From an uncultured bacterium (lineage in GTDB: Bacteria; UBA8248; CAZNSX01), in NCBI GenBank assembly GCA_964575845.1, contig CAZNSX010000007.1:80772-144771 (forward strand): a DNA stretch of 64,000 nt, written 5' to 3'. Both the position numbers and the translations under genes were made by a program. Shown here piece by piece: positions 17,514-28,214 of the stretch (position 1 is the stretch's first letter; each line of letters starts with the position of its first letter). The notes beneath the pieces are model-generated. The model was not told the DNA's origin. It searched no databases and saw only the letters and a list, made by a program, of their open reading frames with translations.

Positions 17514-20306
17514 TTAGCGCCCCTCCAGGCCGAGAACTTTCCTCAGGTAGCGCCCCGTATGTGAGCCCGCAGCCTCCGCCACCTCCTCGGGACTCCCCTG
17601 GGCCACGATCTCACCGCCCTCATCGCCTCCCTCCGGGCCGAGGTCAATGATGTAATCGGCGGTTTTGATTACATCCATATTGTGCTCGATCACGATGACT
17701 GTGTTTCCCCCCTCGGTCAGGCGGCGGAGAACCGAGAGAAGCATCTCTATGTCGGCGAAGTGGAGGCCCGTCGTGGGCTCATCCAGTATGTAGAGAGTTC
17801 TCCCCGTTTCCCTCTTCGATAGCTCCCGCGAGAGCTTGACGCGCTGGGCTTCCCCACCGGAGAGTGTCGTCGCCGGCTGCCCCAGACGGATGTAACCCAG
17901 GCCCACATCCTTGAGTGTCTTGAGCTTCCAGCGCAGGGCCGGCACACTCTCGAAGAAATCGAGCGCGGCGTCCACCGTCATGTCCAGCACCTCGGCGACA
18001 GACTTTCCCTTGTACTTCACCTCCATGGTTTCCCGGTTGAAGCGTCTCCCCTTGCACACCTGGCATGTGACGTAAAGGTCGGGCAGGAAGTGCATCTCTA
18101 TCTTTAGCAGACCCTGTCCCTGGCAAGCCTCGCACCTCCCTCCGCTCACGTTAAAGCTGAAACGGCCGGGCCGGTAGCCCCGCTTTCGGCTCTCCGGCAC
18201 CAGAGAGAAGAGTTCCCTTATTTCAGTGAAAACACCCGTGTAGGTGGCGGGGTTAGAGCGGGGCGTGCGCCCGATGGGGGACTGGTCTATCTCGATGACC
18301 TTGTCTATTGCCTCGGCCCCTCGGAGCCCCTTGTGACGCCCCGGGCGGTTGGGCGAGCGGTAAAGCTTTCGTGCCAGGGCCCTGTAGAGGATCTCGCTCA
18401 CGAGCGTGCTTTTTCCGGAGCCTGACACCCCTGTGATGCAAGTGAGGAGCCCAAGGGGGATGCCCACATCGATGTTCTTGAGATTATGCTCTGAAGCCTT
18501 GAGGATCGTGAGGAACTGTCCGTCAGTGCGCCGCCTCTCAGAGGGTATGGGGATGTCCAGCTTTCCCGAGAGGTACCGACCGGTGAGGCTTCCTGGGACC
18601 TTCATAATCTCCTGGGGCGTGCCCTGGGCTACCAGGTAGCCCCCCTCGGCCCCCGCCCCGGGCCCGAGGTCGAGCACCCAGTCTCCGGTGAGGATGGTCT
18701 CCCGGTCATGCTCTACCACGATAACGGTATTTCCCATGTCGCGCAGCCGCTCGAGGGTGTCCAGAAGGCGGCGGTTATCCCGCTGGTGGAGGCCGATGCT
18801 GGGCTCATCCAGGATGTATAGGACACCCACGAGGCTCGCTCCTATCTGGGTGGCGAGCTTTATCCTCTGCCCCTCACCGCCCGCCAGAGTGGCGGCCGGG
18901 CGGTCGAGTGTAAGGTAGTCGAGACCCACCCGCCTCAGAAACTCGAGCCTCTCCCTTATCTCCTTGAGGATGCGCTCGGCCACTAGCTCCCTCTCGGCCG
19001 GAAGGTGAAGCCCATCGAAAAAGCCCGAGGCCTCCTTGATTGGCATGCGAGTTATGTCGGCGATGGAGAGGCCACCCACTCTCACGGCCAGACTCTCAGG
19101 TTTCAGCCTGGCCCCACGGCAGGCGGGGCAGGGAAGCATCCGCATGTACTCTACCACCTCGCTCTCTTCTTCTTCAGGGTCCCACTCCCGCCAGCGTCCC
19201 CGAAGCTCAGGCACAACCCCCTCGAACTCTCCCCTCTTGCGCAGGCGGCCGTTGCCGCCGTGGAGAATCAGCTTCTGCTGGCTCTTGGGCAAACGGCCGA
19301 AGGGTCGGTCCAGGTCCACTCCCAACTCCCTCTCAAACCTCTCCAGAACTCGGCGGTAGCGCGAGGGACTCTCCTGTGCCCATGGCCTCAAGGCCCCCTC
19401 TCTCAGGGAGAGTTCCCTGTCGGGTACCACCAGCTCGGGGTCCACATCCCAGCTCACCCCCAGGCCGTCGCAGTGGGGACAGGCACCGTAGGGGCTGTTG
19501 AAGGAGAACATCCGGGGGGCCAGCTCGGGAAAGCTCAAACCGCACCTTGGGCATGAGTGCTTGCTGCTGAAGAGAAGCTCCTCCATGCCCGAAGGGGCGA
19601 TGAGCGCCAGGCCTCCGGCATGCCTCAGGCTCGTCTCAAGGGAGTCGGCCAGACGCCCCTCAATGCCAGGCCTCACCTTGATGCGGTCCACCACAACCTC
19701 AATGGTGTGCTTCTTGTTCTTAGCCAGGCGTATCTCCTCATCCAGCTCCCGAAGCGCACCGTCCACCCTGACCCGCAGGAAGCCCCGCCGCAGCATGTCA
19801 TTGAGCTCCTTGCGGTACTCCCCTTTGCGGCCCCTCACAATGGGAGCCAGAACCTGAAGGCTGACCCCTGAGGGAAGGGCCATGACCCGGTCCACCATCT
19901 GCTGCACTGTCTGGGAGCGGATGGGAAGTTTGCACTCATGGCAGTGGGGCTCGCCCGCCCGTGCGAAAAGGAGCCTCAGGTGGTCATAGATCTCCGTAAC
20001 AGTGCCAACGGTGGAGCGCGGGTTCTTGCTGACCGTCCTCTGCTCTATTGAGATGGCGGGAGAGAGACCCTCGATGGCGTCCACGTCGGGTTTGTCCATC
20101 TGATCCAGAAACTGGCGGGCATAGGCCGAGAGGGACTCCACGTATCTGCGCTGTCCCTCGGCATAGAGGGTGTCAAACGCGAGAGAGGATTTACCCGAGC
20201 CGCTGAGGCCCGTTACGATGATGAGCTTGTCGCGGGGGATCTCGACGTGAATGTCCTTGAGGTTATGTTCTCTGGCGCCCTTGATGATGATCTTTCGCTG
20301 GGGCAT
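17514..20306 (-). CDS. uvrA: excinuclease ABC subunit A
   Basis: A 930-aa protein with two ABC ATPase modules ([23 protein letters not shown]) and the UvrA zinc modules. Confidence 0.95.
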   Translation of the reverse strand: MPQRKIIIKGAREHNLKDIHVEIPRDKLIIVTGLSGSGKSSLAFDTLYAEGQRRYVESLSAYARQFLDQMDKPDVDAIEGLSPAISIEQRTVSKNPRSTVGTVTEIYDHLRLLFARAGEPHCHECKLPIRSQTVQQMVDRVMALPSGVSLQVLAPIVRGRKGEYRKELNDMLRRGFLRVRVDGALRELDEEIRLAKNKKHTIEVVVDRIKVRPGIEGRLADSLETSLRHAGGLALIAPSGMEELLFSSKHSCPRCGLSFPELAPRMFSFNSPYGACPHCDGLGVSWDVDPELVVPDRELSLREGALRPWAQESPSRYRRVLERFERELGVDLDRPFGRLPKSQQKLILHGGNGRLRKRGEFEGVVPELRGRWREWDPEEEESEVVEYMRMLPCPACRGARLKPESLAVRVGGLSIADITRMPIKEASGFFDGLHLPAERELVAERILKEIRERLEFLRRVGLDYLTLDRPAATLAGGEGQRIKLATQIGASLVGVLYILDEPSIGLHQRDNRRLLDTLERLRDMGNTVIVVEHDRETILTGDWVLDLGPGAGAEGGYLVAQGTPQEIMKVPGSLTGRYLSGKLDIPIPSERRRTDGQFLTILKASEHNLKNIDVGIPLGLLTCITGVSGSGKSTLVSEILYRALARKLYRSPNRPGRHKGLRGAEAIDKVIEIDQSPIGRTPRSNPATYTGVFTEIRELFSLVPESRKRGYRPGRFSFNVSGGRCEACQGQGLLKIEMHFLPDLYVTCQVCKGRRFNRETMEVKYKGKSVAEVLDMTVDAALDFFESVPALRWKLKTLKDVGLGYIRLGQPATTLSGGEAQRVKLSRELSKRETGRTLYILDEPTTGLHFADIEMLLSVLRRLTEGGNTVIVIEHNMDVIKTADYIIDLGPEGGDEGGEIVAQGSPEEVAEAAGSHTGRYLRKVLGLEGR

Positions 20307-20341
20307 GGGTAGCTTCCCCGGGTGAGAAGAGTGGAAAGCCT

Positions 20342-21376
20342 TCAGGCCGCCTTAAAGCGCTCAAGCCCGACGCCGTCTAAGGGCTCCCCGCACCGGGGAC
20401 AGGAGCCCTCCACGAGCTCATGGCGCCTTATGGAGAACCCCCATCGCTCGATAAGGAGGGCTTTGCACTTGAAGCAGAAGGTGCTCTCCGCCTCGCTTCC
20501 CGGGAGATTTCCGGCATACACATAACGGAGGCCGGCCGAGCGGCCAAGCTCCACGGCCCGGGCAATGGTCTCCGGGGGAGTGGGCGGCCTGTCGGTCATC
20601 TTGTAGCTCGGGTGAAAACGCGAGACATGCCAGGGGATTTCGGGACCGAGTTCAGCTATGAACCTGGCGATATCCTCAAGCTCCTCACCGGTGTCATTGA
20701 GGCCCGGAATGAGGAGGGTAGTGACCTCGACCCAAACCCCCAGCTCCTTCATGAGCCTCAGGGCCCTCAGCACTCCTTCCAGGCGAGCCCCCCCGCAGAA
20801 CCTCTTATAGAAATCGTCCCGGAATGCCTTGAGGTCTACGTTAGCGGCATCGAGAAAGGGAGCCACCTCCCTCAAGGGCTCCTCCTCCATGTAACCATTA
20901 GTGACAAAGACGTTTGCAATCCCGGCTGAGCTGGCCAGCCGCGCCGTGTCAAGGGCATACTCCAGGTAGATGGTAGGCTCGGTGTAGGTGTAGGAAATGC
21001 TCCGGCATCCGGCCCTCTGGGCGGCCTCCACTATTTCCTTGGGGCTGACCTCGCGGCCCCCCTCGAAGTTCTCCTCCGGCTCCACCTGGGAGATGGAGGC
21101 ATTCTGGCAGTGCTGGCAGCGGAAGTTACAGCCCTGGGTGGCGATGGAAAAGGAAGTGGAGCCGGGATAGAAGTGAAAGAGAGGCTTCTTCTCGATGGGG
21201 TCCACGTTGGCGGCGATGAGGCGGCCATAAACCAGGGAGTAAAGGGTGCCCTCGCGGTTCTCCCGGACATTGCAGAGTCCCCGCTTTCCCGCGGATATTA
21301 CGCAGCGAAAGGGACAGAGCCGACACCGGACCTTACCCTCCGTCCCCCTCTCGTAGAAAGATGCTTCCTTCAGCAT
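20342..21376 (-). CDS. amrS: AmmeMemoRadiSam system radical SAM enzyme
   Basis: An N-terminal CRLCPFRC...C motif, then the radical SAM motif [11 protein letters not shown]. The overall pattern is PFL-activase-like, and the gene is adjacent to a Memo-family gene. Confidence 0.8.
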   Translation of the reverse strand: MLKEASFYERGTEGKVRCRLCPFRCVISAGKRGLCNVRENREGTLYSLVYGRLIAANVDPIEKKPLFHFYPGSTSFSIATQGCNFRCQHCQNASISQVEPEENFEGGREVSPKEIVEAAQRAGCRSISYTYTEPTIYLEYALDTARLASSAGIANVFVTNGYMEEEPLREVAPFLDAANVDLKAFRDDFYKRFCGGARLEGVLRALRLMKELGVWVEVTTLLIPGLNDTGEELEDIARFIAELGPEIPWHVSRFHPSYKMTDRPPTPPETIARAVELGRSAGLRYVYAGNLPGSEAESTFCFKCKALLIERWGFSIRRHELVEGSCPRCGEPLDGVGLERFKAA

Positions 21377-21394
21377 AAAAGCTCCAGAGTCGTG

Positions 21395-22204
21395 CTACTT
21401 CAGCAGAAAGCCTGCGTAACCCACGATGTAGGAAGTATCGCCCGTTACATCGGCCGAGGTCATATACTTCACAAGCTCCGCCTCTGTGGGCCCCAGGGCT
21501 TTGCAGGCGGTCAGCACCGCCGCCGTGGGACCCGGACCGCACATGGTGAGCCTGAGCACCCTCACCGTCCTCAGGAGCCCCTCCGGGTCCAGCTCCAGGA
21601 TGCGGTCAATTGCGGGCTCATCCATGAGCCTCACGGCCTCCGCCGTGCTTCCATGAATGTGTGTCATATCCGTCGAGCCCACGAAAACCACTTCTCCCGC
21701 CCGCTCCTTCACGGCCTCGGCCAGGGCTTGCCCCAGCTCCCGGCAGAACTTCCACTCGGCCCGCCAGAGAGTAATGGGCACGATGCGGAACTCCTGGGAG
21801 AAGTACTGCATGAAGGGAAGCTGAACCTCAAGGGAGTGCTCATGCAGGTGGGCTTGGGGGTCTTCTGAAAGGAGATGGCTCCTTTCTTTGATAGAGGCCG
21901 CCAGCTCTCCGTCTATCTCCACTTCCCCCAAGGGCGTGCGCCAGCTTCCCTCGGCCATTATAGAGGCGGGAGACCCGTAGCCGGAGTGGTTGGGGCCCAA
22001 GATAACAAAGGTCTTGGGGAAAGCAATTCTAGAATAGATAGCCCCGGCCACAGCACCCGAAAAATCCAGGCCCGCATGGGGCACAATTAACCCTTTAGCC
22101 GGAACCTTTTCGGCCACGGGTTCCATGTACTGGGCCACCTGAGCCCTCAGTCCTTCAGGGGTAGCCTTGTAGAACTGGCCAGCCACGGCCGCCTCCCGCC
22201 TCAT
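21395..22204 (-). CDS. amrB: MEMO1-family protein (AmmeMemoRadiSam system protein B)
   Basis: MRREAAVAGQFY..., VPHAG, LGPNH and GSTDMTH motifs. The start is set at the ATG at 22204, preceded by GGGGAGG. Confidence 0.8.
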   Translation of the reverse strand: MRREAAVAGQFYKATPEGLRAQVAQYMEPVAEKVPAKGLIVPHAGLDFSGAVAGAIYSRIAFPKTFVILGPNHSGYGSPASIMAEGSWRTPLGEVEIDGELAASIKERSHLLSEDPQAHLHEHSLEVQLPFMQYFSQEFRIVPITLWRAEWKFCRELGQALAEAVKERAGEVVFVGSTDMTHIHGSTAEAVRLMDEPAIDRILELDPEGLLRTVRVLRLTMCGPGPTAAVLTACKALGPTEAELVKYMTSADVTGDTSYIVGYAGFLLK

Positions 22205-22454
22205 AACCCTAACCTCCCCCTGCCAAAGCCAGATTCCGTATGAACGGCTCAATAAATCGAAAGGATAATCAAAATATTATAACGCAGGCGGAATGATATG
22301 GGAACGTCTTCTGATGTTTGGTAGGCTCTCACGCTTATTCATCTCCCTCTTCTCATTCGCGAAATAAAAAAGAGTTCAATCGATATCGCCCACGTGAGGA
22401 GAGCTCCTGAGGTTCTTTGGGGTTCTGCTTGCCTGGATGGGTGATGACTGCGAA

Positions 22455-23255
22455 CTAGGAAGGGTCGCGGCGGAGCACCAGCATTATGTTCTCGTCGAAC
22501 CATTCGATGCGTTCGGGATTCGGAAAGCTCCGTCGGATGTTGAACGCAAACCGCTCCGCCGCCGCCTCGAACTCATCTGATGAGTAAAGGAAGAGGGTAG
22601 AGTAATGCTTCTCCCGGGCCTGGCAGAGAAGCCTATCCAGACTGGATACCCGACTATAGCGGAAGCGCCCGACCTCCTCGAGGTTCAGATGCTCTGACCC
22701 ACATACGCACTTCTCCATATAGGCCAGCTCATAGAGCCGGGTTTCTTTCTCCAGGAAACCCGGAAAGTGGGTGCCCCAGATGCTCCGGGTATTCTGGTCA
22801 GGAAGACGCGTGTAAATGAACAGATGACCGCTTCTCTTGATGGAGGTCCCCGCTTTTTGAAGGAAATTATTGAAGTCGAAGTGGTGGACAGCGTTGAATG
22901 TGAAAATGCAGTCAAGAGAGCGCTCCTTGAGTGAGAGGTTCTCTATGCTAGATACGAGGGTTTCAAAATTGTGGAAGCCGTTGGCGGTGAAATAACTCTC
23001 CGCCTCCTTCAGCATTTTCGGGTTTATGTCCACGCACGTAAGATGCAGGTTCGGGAGGTGATGGAAAAGCAGCAGACCGTAGCGTCCGTCTCCGCATCCG
23101 ACATCGGCCGCCTTCAGGTGCTCCCGGCCCTCGAGTCTTTCCTTGATGAAAAGGATGGGCTCTATGTCGGTTGTCCGTAAGTCCCTGTAGGCACTGGCGA
23201 TCCGGGAGAAGTGGCTTTGCATTTCTTGGTGGGACGTTTTCCGCCTTTCGAGCAT
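22455..23255 (-). CDS. class I SAM-dependent methyltransferase
   Basis: Motif I, ADVGCGDGRYGLLL. The gene sits in a visibly AT-richer segment. Confidence 0.7.
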   Translation of the reverse strand: MLERRKTSHQEMQSHFSRIASAYRDLRTTDIEPILFIKERLEGREHLKAADVGCGDGRYGLLLFHHLPNLHLTCVDINPKMLKEAESYFTANGFHNFETLVSSIENLSLKERSLDCIFTFNAVHHFDFNNFLQKAGTSIKRSGHLFIYTRLPDQNTRSIWGTHFPGFLEKETRLYELAYMEKCVCGSEHLNLEEVGRFRYSRVSSLDRLLCQAREKHYSTLFLYSSDEFEAAAERFAFNIRRSFPNPERIEWFDENIMLVLRRDPS

Positions 23256-23552
23256 TAAATTTTCCTCTGCTTCCAGACCAACTTATCGGGGCTCGAAAAA
23301 GGAAATTCTAGGAAAAAACATGTATACCAAGAAATTTCGCGGATGAGAACCTGAACTTTCGGGAATCCCTCTCCTTTGTCAATTCATAAAAGTATAGCAT
23401 CGCCACGATATCATGCAATCCTCACTTCGGTATCCTTATGGTAAGCTCGTTAGGCCATCAAAGGGTTTTTCAGCCGCAAAATCAGAAATCACGCAAGGAA
23501 CAGGGACGGATAGACGACACATTCTTGCCCGCGAGTCCATCAGATAGACTCA

Positions 23553-23576
23553 GGGCGGGACCAGGGGGCCCCGCCC
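23553..23576. terminator. GC-rich hairpin downstream of the respiratory operon
   Basis: GGGCGGG, a 10-nt loop, then CCCGCCC, 25 nt beyond the stop at 23600. There is no clear U-run on the minus strand. Confidence 0.3.
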
Positions 23577-23599
23577 TTTGGCCATCTTGGGAGTTTCTG

Positions 23600-24589
23600 C
23601 TATTTGAAGACCAGCTTGTATGCCTCTTCCTTGGTGAAGCTGTGCTCCTTCTCACCAGTATCGTCAAAGACGGAGAGGCCAAAAAAGTAGCTCTTGGAGT
23701 TGTCGAACTGGACGTCATCGGTGTTCCCCGTGCGGAGCTTCCTCCTGAGCTCCAGAGTCCAACGGCCCCTTGCGTGGCGCCCGCCGGCATCGATATCGCC
23801 GCGGCTTCCCACCGGCCGCTCCAGAACCTCGCGGGGTACCACCGCACCCTTCTTCAGCTTAGTTCCGGACTCTAAGGGAACGGCGTCCTTCTTCATGAGC
23901 ACGGGGCCCCACTTCCCGCCCTTAGGGACGAGCTTTGGGGCCTTTTTCTCCTTATCCCAGTTTCCCGAGTAGCTTCCTGCGGCCTTCTTGTCGCCCTTCC
24001 TTCCGGTCTTCTCATCTCCCTCTTCGGCGACCTCGTGCTGCAGGTACTGGTCGTCCGCATAGCCCGCGGGGTTTGACCTCTGGGCCTTCCAGTGCCACAC
24101 ATCCCCCAGCTGGTCAGCGGCGTCAGTTTTCATGAAGAAGATTTCCTTATCGCCCTTCTTCTCCTTGTGGCAGACGGCGTCGCAGCCCTTTGCCGCGAAA
24201 TCCTTGATGTTGCCGTTTATGTCCCAGAGCAGGCCGAGGCGGTCCTCGTTTCCCTTGCGCTTTTCCCAGCTCGCTCCCGTCCACATGTAGACCCGGTTCT
24301 GGCTCAGGGTCTTGTCCGGCCAGCGGAAGAGAAAGTAGACGTATTCCTCATCATAGAGGGCCTTCATGGTGACCGTGATGTCCCCTATCTTCCCCTCCTT
24401 GACGGGAATGCGCGTGGCCCGGACCTTGTTCCAGGCCTTATCCACTTTGCCGTCAATTACAGGGCCCTTCTTGACCTTAACTGCCGTGACGGTCTTCTCG
24501 GCGAAGGCATCGAGAGTACCCCCCAGGATTGCGAGAGCCCCCGCCATGGCTAGAGCCACCAAGACCTTTATCGTGCCAGCATACCGCAT
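23600..24589 (-). CDS. secreted EB_dh-like (ethylbenzene-dehydrogenase gamma / DOMON-like) putative haem-binding protein
   Basis: A signal peptide followed by VIDGKVDKAWNKV...YFLFRWPD...WHWKA. From memory this resembles the haem-b gamma subunits of periplasmic type II DMSO-reductase-family enzymes. Confidence 0.55.
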   Translation of the reverse strand: MRYAGTIKVLVALAMAGALAILGGTLDAFAEKTVTAVKVKKGPVIDGKVDKAWNKVRATRIPVKEGKIGDITVTMKALYDEEYVYFLFRWPDKTLSQNRVYMWTGASWEKRKGNEDRLGLLWDINGNIKDFAAKGCDAVCHKEKKGDKEIFFMKTDAADQLGDVWHWKAQRSNPAGYADDQYLQHEVAEEGDEKTGRKGDKKAAGSYSGNWDKEKKAPKLVPKGGKWGPVLMKKDAVPLESGTKLKKGAVVPREVLERPVGSRGDIDAGGRHARGRWTLELRRKLRTGNTDDVQFDNSKSYFFGLSVFDDTGEKEHSFTKEEAYKLVFK

Positions 24590-24685
24590 AGAATGTCCCT
24601 CCTTTCAGTTGAGAGCTTCCTCTCTTCCGGGGCCGCTTCTCGGCCCCTCGGGCATCGCCCAGCTAAGGCCCCTATCGCGGGGCCC

Positions 24686-25909
24686 TCACTCCTTTGCCCC
24701 TGACGGCCGATAGCGCCTCTGCAGAAGCTTCACATACTCCAGGATATGGGCCAGCTCATCCTCCTTGAGCCTCGGCCAGAGGACCCCCTTCTCCCAGGTC
24801 TTCTCTTCCATCTCGGCGGCGTGGTTCCACATCTCGGTGACTATGTCGAGGGAAGATTCCCACTCCTGGACAAGAGCCAGGTTGGGGCCAACCTTATCCT
24901 TCGTCCTCCCTTTGCCCTTAACGGGATGGCATTCGCCGCAACGCTTTTCCTGAAAGAGCCGCTCTCCCTCCGTGGGGTCGCCCGGGGGGTCGGCGTACTG
25001 GATGAAGTAGAGGTAGGTGATTATGTCAGAGAGTTCCTGAGGCTCGAGCCTGGGCTGCTCGATCTCAAGCCTCTCCATGGTCCGCCACATGGCACCGCCA
25101 TGATTCCAGAGGATTCCGGCAATGGTGGAGACGCTTCGCCTTAACGCACGCGTTCCCAGGTCAGGGCCCACATTACCGCCCCGCCCGTTCACGGCGTGGC
25201 ATCGCGAGCAACCCTTCTCCTCGAAGAGCCGCCTGCCCTCCAGCGCGTTTCCCGGTGAGAGATAGACCCGCCTCCTGACGTCCTCAAAGGTGCTCTTTGC
25301 CCTTATGTATGCCACAAGGTCCAGGATTTCCTGCCCCCGGAAGAGTGGCCGCTTCACTCCCGCCCGCCTCATGGCTTCTTCCATCTCCTTTCCACGGTTC
25401 CACATGGCGGCCGTGATGAATACGGGTGAGATGAATGGCCGGTACTTATCCAGGGTGGGACCCAGAGATCCTCCCTTACCTCCCACAGAATGGCAGCCCC
25501 CGCAGCCCATCTCTCCGAAGAGCCGCTCCCCCGCCTCGGGATTTCCCTTTCGGTCAAAGTAGTTGAGGTAGTAGAGAAAGGAGACCAACCTCCTCATCTC
25601 CTCCCGCTGAAAGCGGGGCCTGGGAACGCCGAGGCGCCGGAACTCCTTCTGCATTTTGGGCGCGTGGTACCACATCACGCCTGCCATGCCCAGGAAGCTG
25701 TAATCTAGTTGGAGCTTTCCCAGGTCGGGTCCGCTCCTGCCGCCCTCCCCCTGAATGGCGTGGCAGCGCAGGCAGCCCTTTACCACGAAGAGCCGGCTTC
25801 CCTCGCTCGGGTTCTCCGGAAGGAGCTCTGCCAGGGAAGGGGAGGCCCCCGCAACCATCGCCAAGAGAAGCGCGACCCGGAGCAGCTTCACCTTCCAGGA
25901 AGCTTTCAT
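24686..25909 (-). CDS. periplasmic cytochrome c with four tandem class-I monohaem domains
   Basis: Starts MKASWKVKLL (signal peptide). Four CxxCH motifs (CLRCH, CGGCH, CSRCH, CGECH) each sit in an approximately 95-aa repeat of the form G.RLF..KGC..CH...G.GG..GP.L...W.H...M. This is the real C-terminal part of the 898-aa track ORF. It has an ATGA overlap with the upstream gene. Confidence 0.8.
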   Translation of the reverse strand: MKASWKVKLLRVALLLAMVAGASPSLAELLPENPSEGSRLFVVKGCLRCHAIQGEGGRSGPDLGKLQLDYSFLGMAGVMWYHAPKMQKEFRRLGVPRPRFQREEMRRLVSFLYYLNYFDRKGNPEAGERLFGEMGCGGCHSVGGKGGSLGPTLDKYRPFISPVFITAAMWNRGKEMEEAMRRAGVKRPLFRGQEILDLVAYIRAKSTFEDVRRRVYLSPGNALEGRRLFEEKGCSRCHAVNGRGGNVGPDLGTRALRRSVSTIAGILWNHGGAMWRTMERLEIEQPRLEPQELSDIITYLYFIQYADPPGDPTEGERLFQEKRCGECHPVKGKGRTKDKVGPNLALVQEWESSLDIVTEMWNHAAEMEEKTWEKGVLWPRLKEDELAHILEYVKLLQRRYRPSGAKE

Positions 25910-26157
25910 TTTCCCTCCCTCCCGGCTCGCATCCCCCAGAAGACATAGTTGACCACGCCCAGCAGGAGAAGGAAGACCGGGACCGCCACGATGGATATTC
26001 CTATGGAAGCCGAAGGCACATCCCTCAACTCTATCGAGAGCCGAATCAGGCTCACGATCCAGCCGACGATGCCCAGAATCAAGACAAAGAAGAGGACCAG
26101 GACGGCCAGCTGAATCGCCCGCACGGCCCTGGGGCTCGGCTCTTTCCCTGAAGCCAT
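25906..26157 (-). CDS. small two-transmembrane protein in the ActD-like position
   Basis: An 83-aa protein with two hydrophobic helices, tightly packed between the NrfD gene and the cytochrome gene. Confidence 0.5.
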   Translation of the reverse strand: MASGKEPSPRAVRAIQLAVLVLFFVLILGIVGWIVSLIRLSIELRDVPSASIGISIVAVPVFLLLLGVVNYVFWGMRAGREGK

Positions 26158-26172
26158 AGGGGCTCTCCCTTC

Positions 26173-27516
26173 TCAAGCGCTCCCGGGGGCGAGGGGAGGC
26201 TCGGGCATGTATCTCCGGACCCTCTCCTCCACTTCCCTGACGCCCAGTTCCCTTCCCTCCTGAACCTCCCAGATGGAGACAATGGGGAAGAACTTGGTGA
26301 AGAGGAGGAAAAGCAGGACAAAGAGGGCGAAGGACCCGACCAGAATCCCCCATTCCACCAGGCTGGGGATATAAATCCCATGGGGCAGCTCCAGGCTGGG
26401 GGTTGCAAGGGTGGGCACGATGATTATGAAGCGCTCGAGCCACATGCCCAGGATGACGCTCAGGGAGGCTATGAGGGTCCCCTTTATGGTTCGAAACCTC
26501 CTTATGCCCATGAGGGTCATGGGTACGGCGAAGTTGGCCACCACCATAGTCCAGAAATAGGGGGCATGGGGACCCGTGAACTTGGCCCAGAAGACCTTCA
26601 TCTCCTCGGGCTCGCCGCCGTAGTAGCCCGTGAGGTACTCGGCAAAGGTGAAATAAAACCAGAGGAAGGACATGACGAGGAGGAGGATACCCAGGTAGTT
26701 GAAGTGGATGGGCTTGAGATAAGACTCTAAGTGGTAGGCCTTCCTGAAGGCCAGCATGACGATGATCAGTGCCGCGATGCCTGAGTAAATGGCCCCGGCG
26801 ACAAAATAGGGGCCGAAGATCGTGCTGTGCCAGCCGGGCTGAAGGGTCATGGAGAAAACAAAAGAGACCACCGTGTGCACGGATACGGCCACGGGGATTA
26901 CCACCACGGCCATGATGGCTATGGCCACGTTCAGAACCCTCTGCTGGCGGGCGGTACCCTGCCAGCCCAGGGAAAGCACCTGATAGAGCCACCGGTAGCG
27001 GCTGGTCCCGTCGCGCAGGATGGCTATGTCGGGGATCAAGGGTATGTAGAGGTATATGGTGCTGGCCATGAGATAGGCGGAGATGCTGGTCACATCCCAG
27101 AGCAGGGGCGACTGATAGCGCCCGTACCATAGAATGTTGAGCAGTCGGTCGGGACGGCCCAGGTCTACTATGATGTTGGCCGCGCCTATGAAGAGGACCA
27201 TCACCGTTATGACCTCGGCCATTCGGGTTATGGGCCTGCGCCACTCGGCCTTTGCCATGCGGAGGATGGCCGAGATGAGGGTTCCCGCATGGCTTATGCC
27301 GATGAAGAAGACGAAGTTGGTGATGTAGAAGCCCCAGGAGACGGGCTGATTGAGGCCCGTGACCCCCAGGCCCCCGAACCACTGGACCACATAGGAGGCC
27401 AGGCCCCAGGCGACGAGGAGCAGGAGAAATCCCAGAAAAAACCAGAACCTCCAGCCCGTCGAAAGGATCGGCCCGAGGAGGAGATGATCCTGAAAGGCCT
27501 TTTCAGAGGAGTTCAT
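26173..27516 (-). CDS. NrfD/PsrC/ActC-type polytopic quinone-interacting membrane subunit
   Basis: A 447-aa protein with about 10 transmembrane helices and GLGVTGLNQPVSWGFYITNFVFFIGISHAGTLISAILR...WRRPITRMAE. It overlaps the FeS gene by 14 nt. Confidence 0.85.
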   Translation of the reverse strand: MNSSEKAFQDHLLLGPILSTGWRFWFFLGFLLLLVAWGLASYVVQWFGGLGVTGLNQPVSWGFYITNFVFFIGISHAGTLISAILRMAKAEWRRPITRMAEVITVMVLFIGAANIIVDLGRPDRLLNILWYGRYQSPLLWDVTSISAYLMASTIYLYIPLIPDIAILRDGTSRYRWLYQVLSLGWQGTARQQRVLNVAIAIMAVVVIPVAVSVHTVVSFVFSMTLQPGWHSTIFGPYFVAGAIYSGIAALIIVMLAFRKAYHLESYLKPIHFNYLGILLLVMSFLWFYFTFAEYLTGYYGGEPEEMKVFWAKFTGPHAPYFWTMVVANFAVPMTLMGIRRFRTIKGTLIASLSVILGMWLERFIIIVPTLATPSLELPHGIYIPSLVEWGILVGSFALFVLLFLLFTKFFPIVSIWEVQEGRELGVREVEERVRRYMPEPPLAPGSA

Positions 27517-28201
27517 CCTTCTCCCCTTCTATCAGGTAGACCACCTTGGGGCGGGTGCCCAGCTCCTCCAGCAACCGGAAGGCCCGGGAGCTCTTGTGGA
27601 GGCGAGAGACCGCGCTATCAGGGTCCTCCAAGTCGCCGAAGGTTATAGCTCCCGCCGGGCAGGTCTGGGCACACGCCGGGATGAAATCCCCTTCCTCTAG
27701 CTCTCTCCCCTCGGCCCTGACGCGGTCCCTTGCCTTCTGGAGGCGGTGGACGCAGAAGGTGCACTTCTCCACCACTCCTTTGGGCCTCAGGGCTACATCG
27801 GGGTTTCGGTGAGTGCGCAGGTCCTCTCGATTGGTATAGAGATGCCAGTTGAAATACTTGGCCGTGTAAGGACAGGCGGCCATGCAGAACCTGCACCCTA
27901 TGCAGCGGGCGTAGTTCTGGGCCACGATGCCCTCGGGGTCCCGGTAGGTGGCGTGCACCGGGCAGACTTTGGTGCAGGGAGGCTCATCGCAGTGGAGGCA
28001 GGGCCTGGGGATATAGCGGGCGTGAACCCTGGGATAGGGGCCGGCAACCTCTGTCACCATGTCCATCCAGCTAAGGATCCTTCCCCTGGCCGCTTCGCCG
28101 GGTTCCACATAGGGGACATTGTTCTCAGACTTGCAGGCGAGGACGCAGGCCTGGCAGGCGGTGCATCGGTCAAGGTCGATAGCCATTCCCCAGAGGGGCA
28201 T
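27503..28201 (-). CDS. 4Fe-4S ferredoxin-type subunit (PsrB/NrfC/ActB2-like)
   Basis: Several CxxCxxCxxxC(P) clusters: CTACQACVLAC, CLHCDEPPCTKVCP, CIGCRFCMAACP, CTFC...CAQTCP. Confidence 0.85.
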   Translation of the reverse strand: MPLWGMAIDLDRCTACQACVLACKSENNVPYVEPGEAARGRILSWMDMVTEVAGPYPRVHARYIPRPCLHCDEPPCTKVCPVHATYRDPEGIVAQNYARCIGCRFCMAACPYTAKYFNWHLYTNREDLRTHRNPDVALRPKGVVEKCTFCVHRLQKARDRVRAEGRELEEGDFIPACAQTCPAGAITFGDLEDPDSAVSRLHKSSRAFRLLEELGTRPKVVYLIEGEKDELL

Positions 28202-28214
28202 GCCCCGGTCCTCC

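Noticed and set aside
24686-27382. An 898-aa minus-strand ORF spanning the cytochrome, small-membrane-protein and NrfD gene regions
   Set aside because: Only the last 407 codons (from the ATG at 25909) encode a recognisable protein, the four-domain cytochrome c. The upstream approximately 490 codons are a Pro/Arg/Gly/His-rich read-through in an alternative frame of the well-supported NrfD and 83-aa genes. This is a typical open shadow frame in GC-rich DNA.
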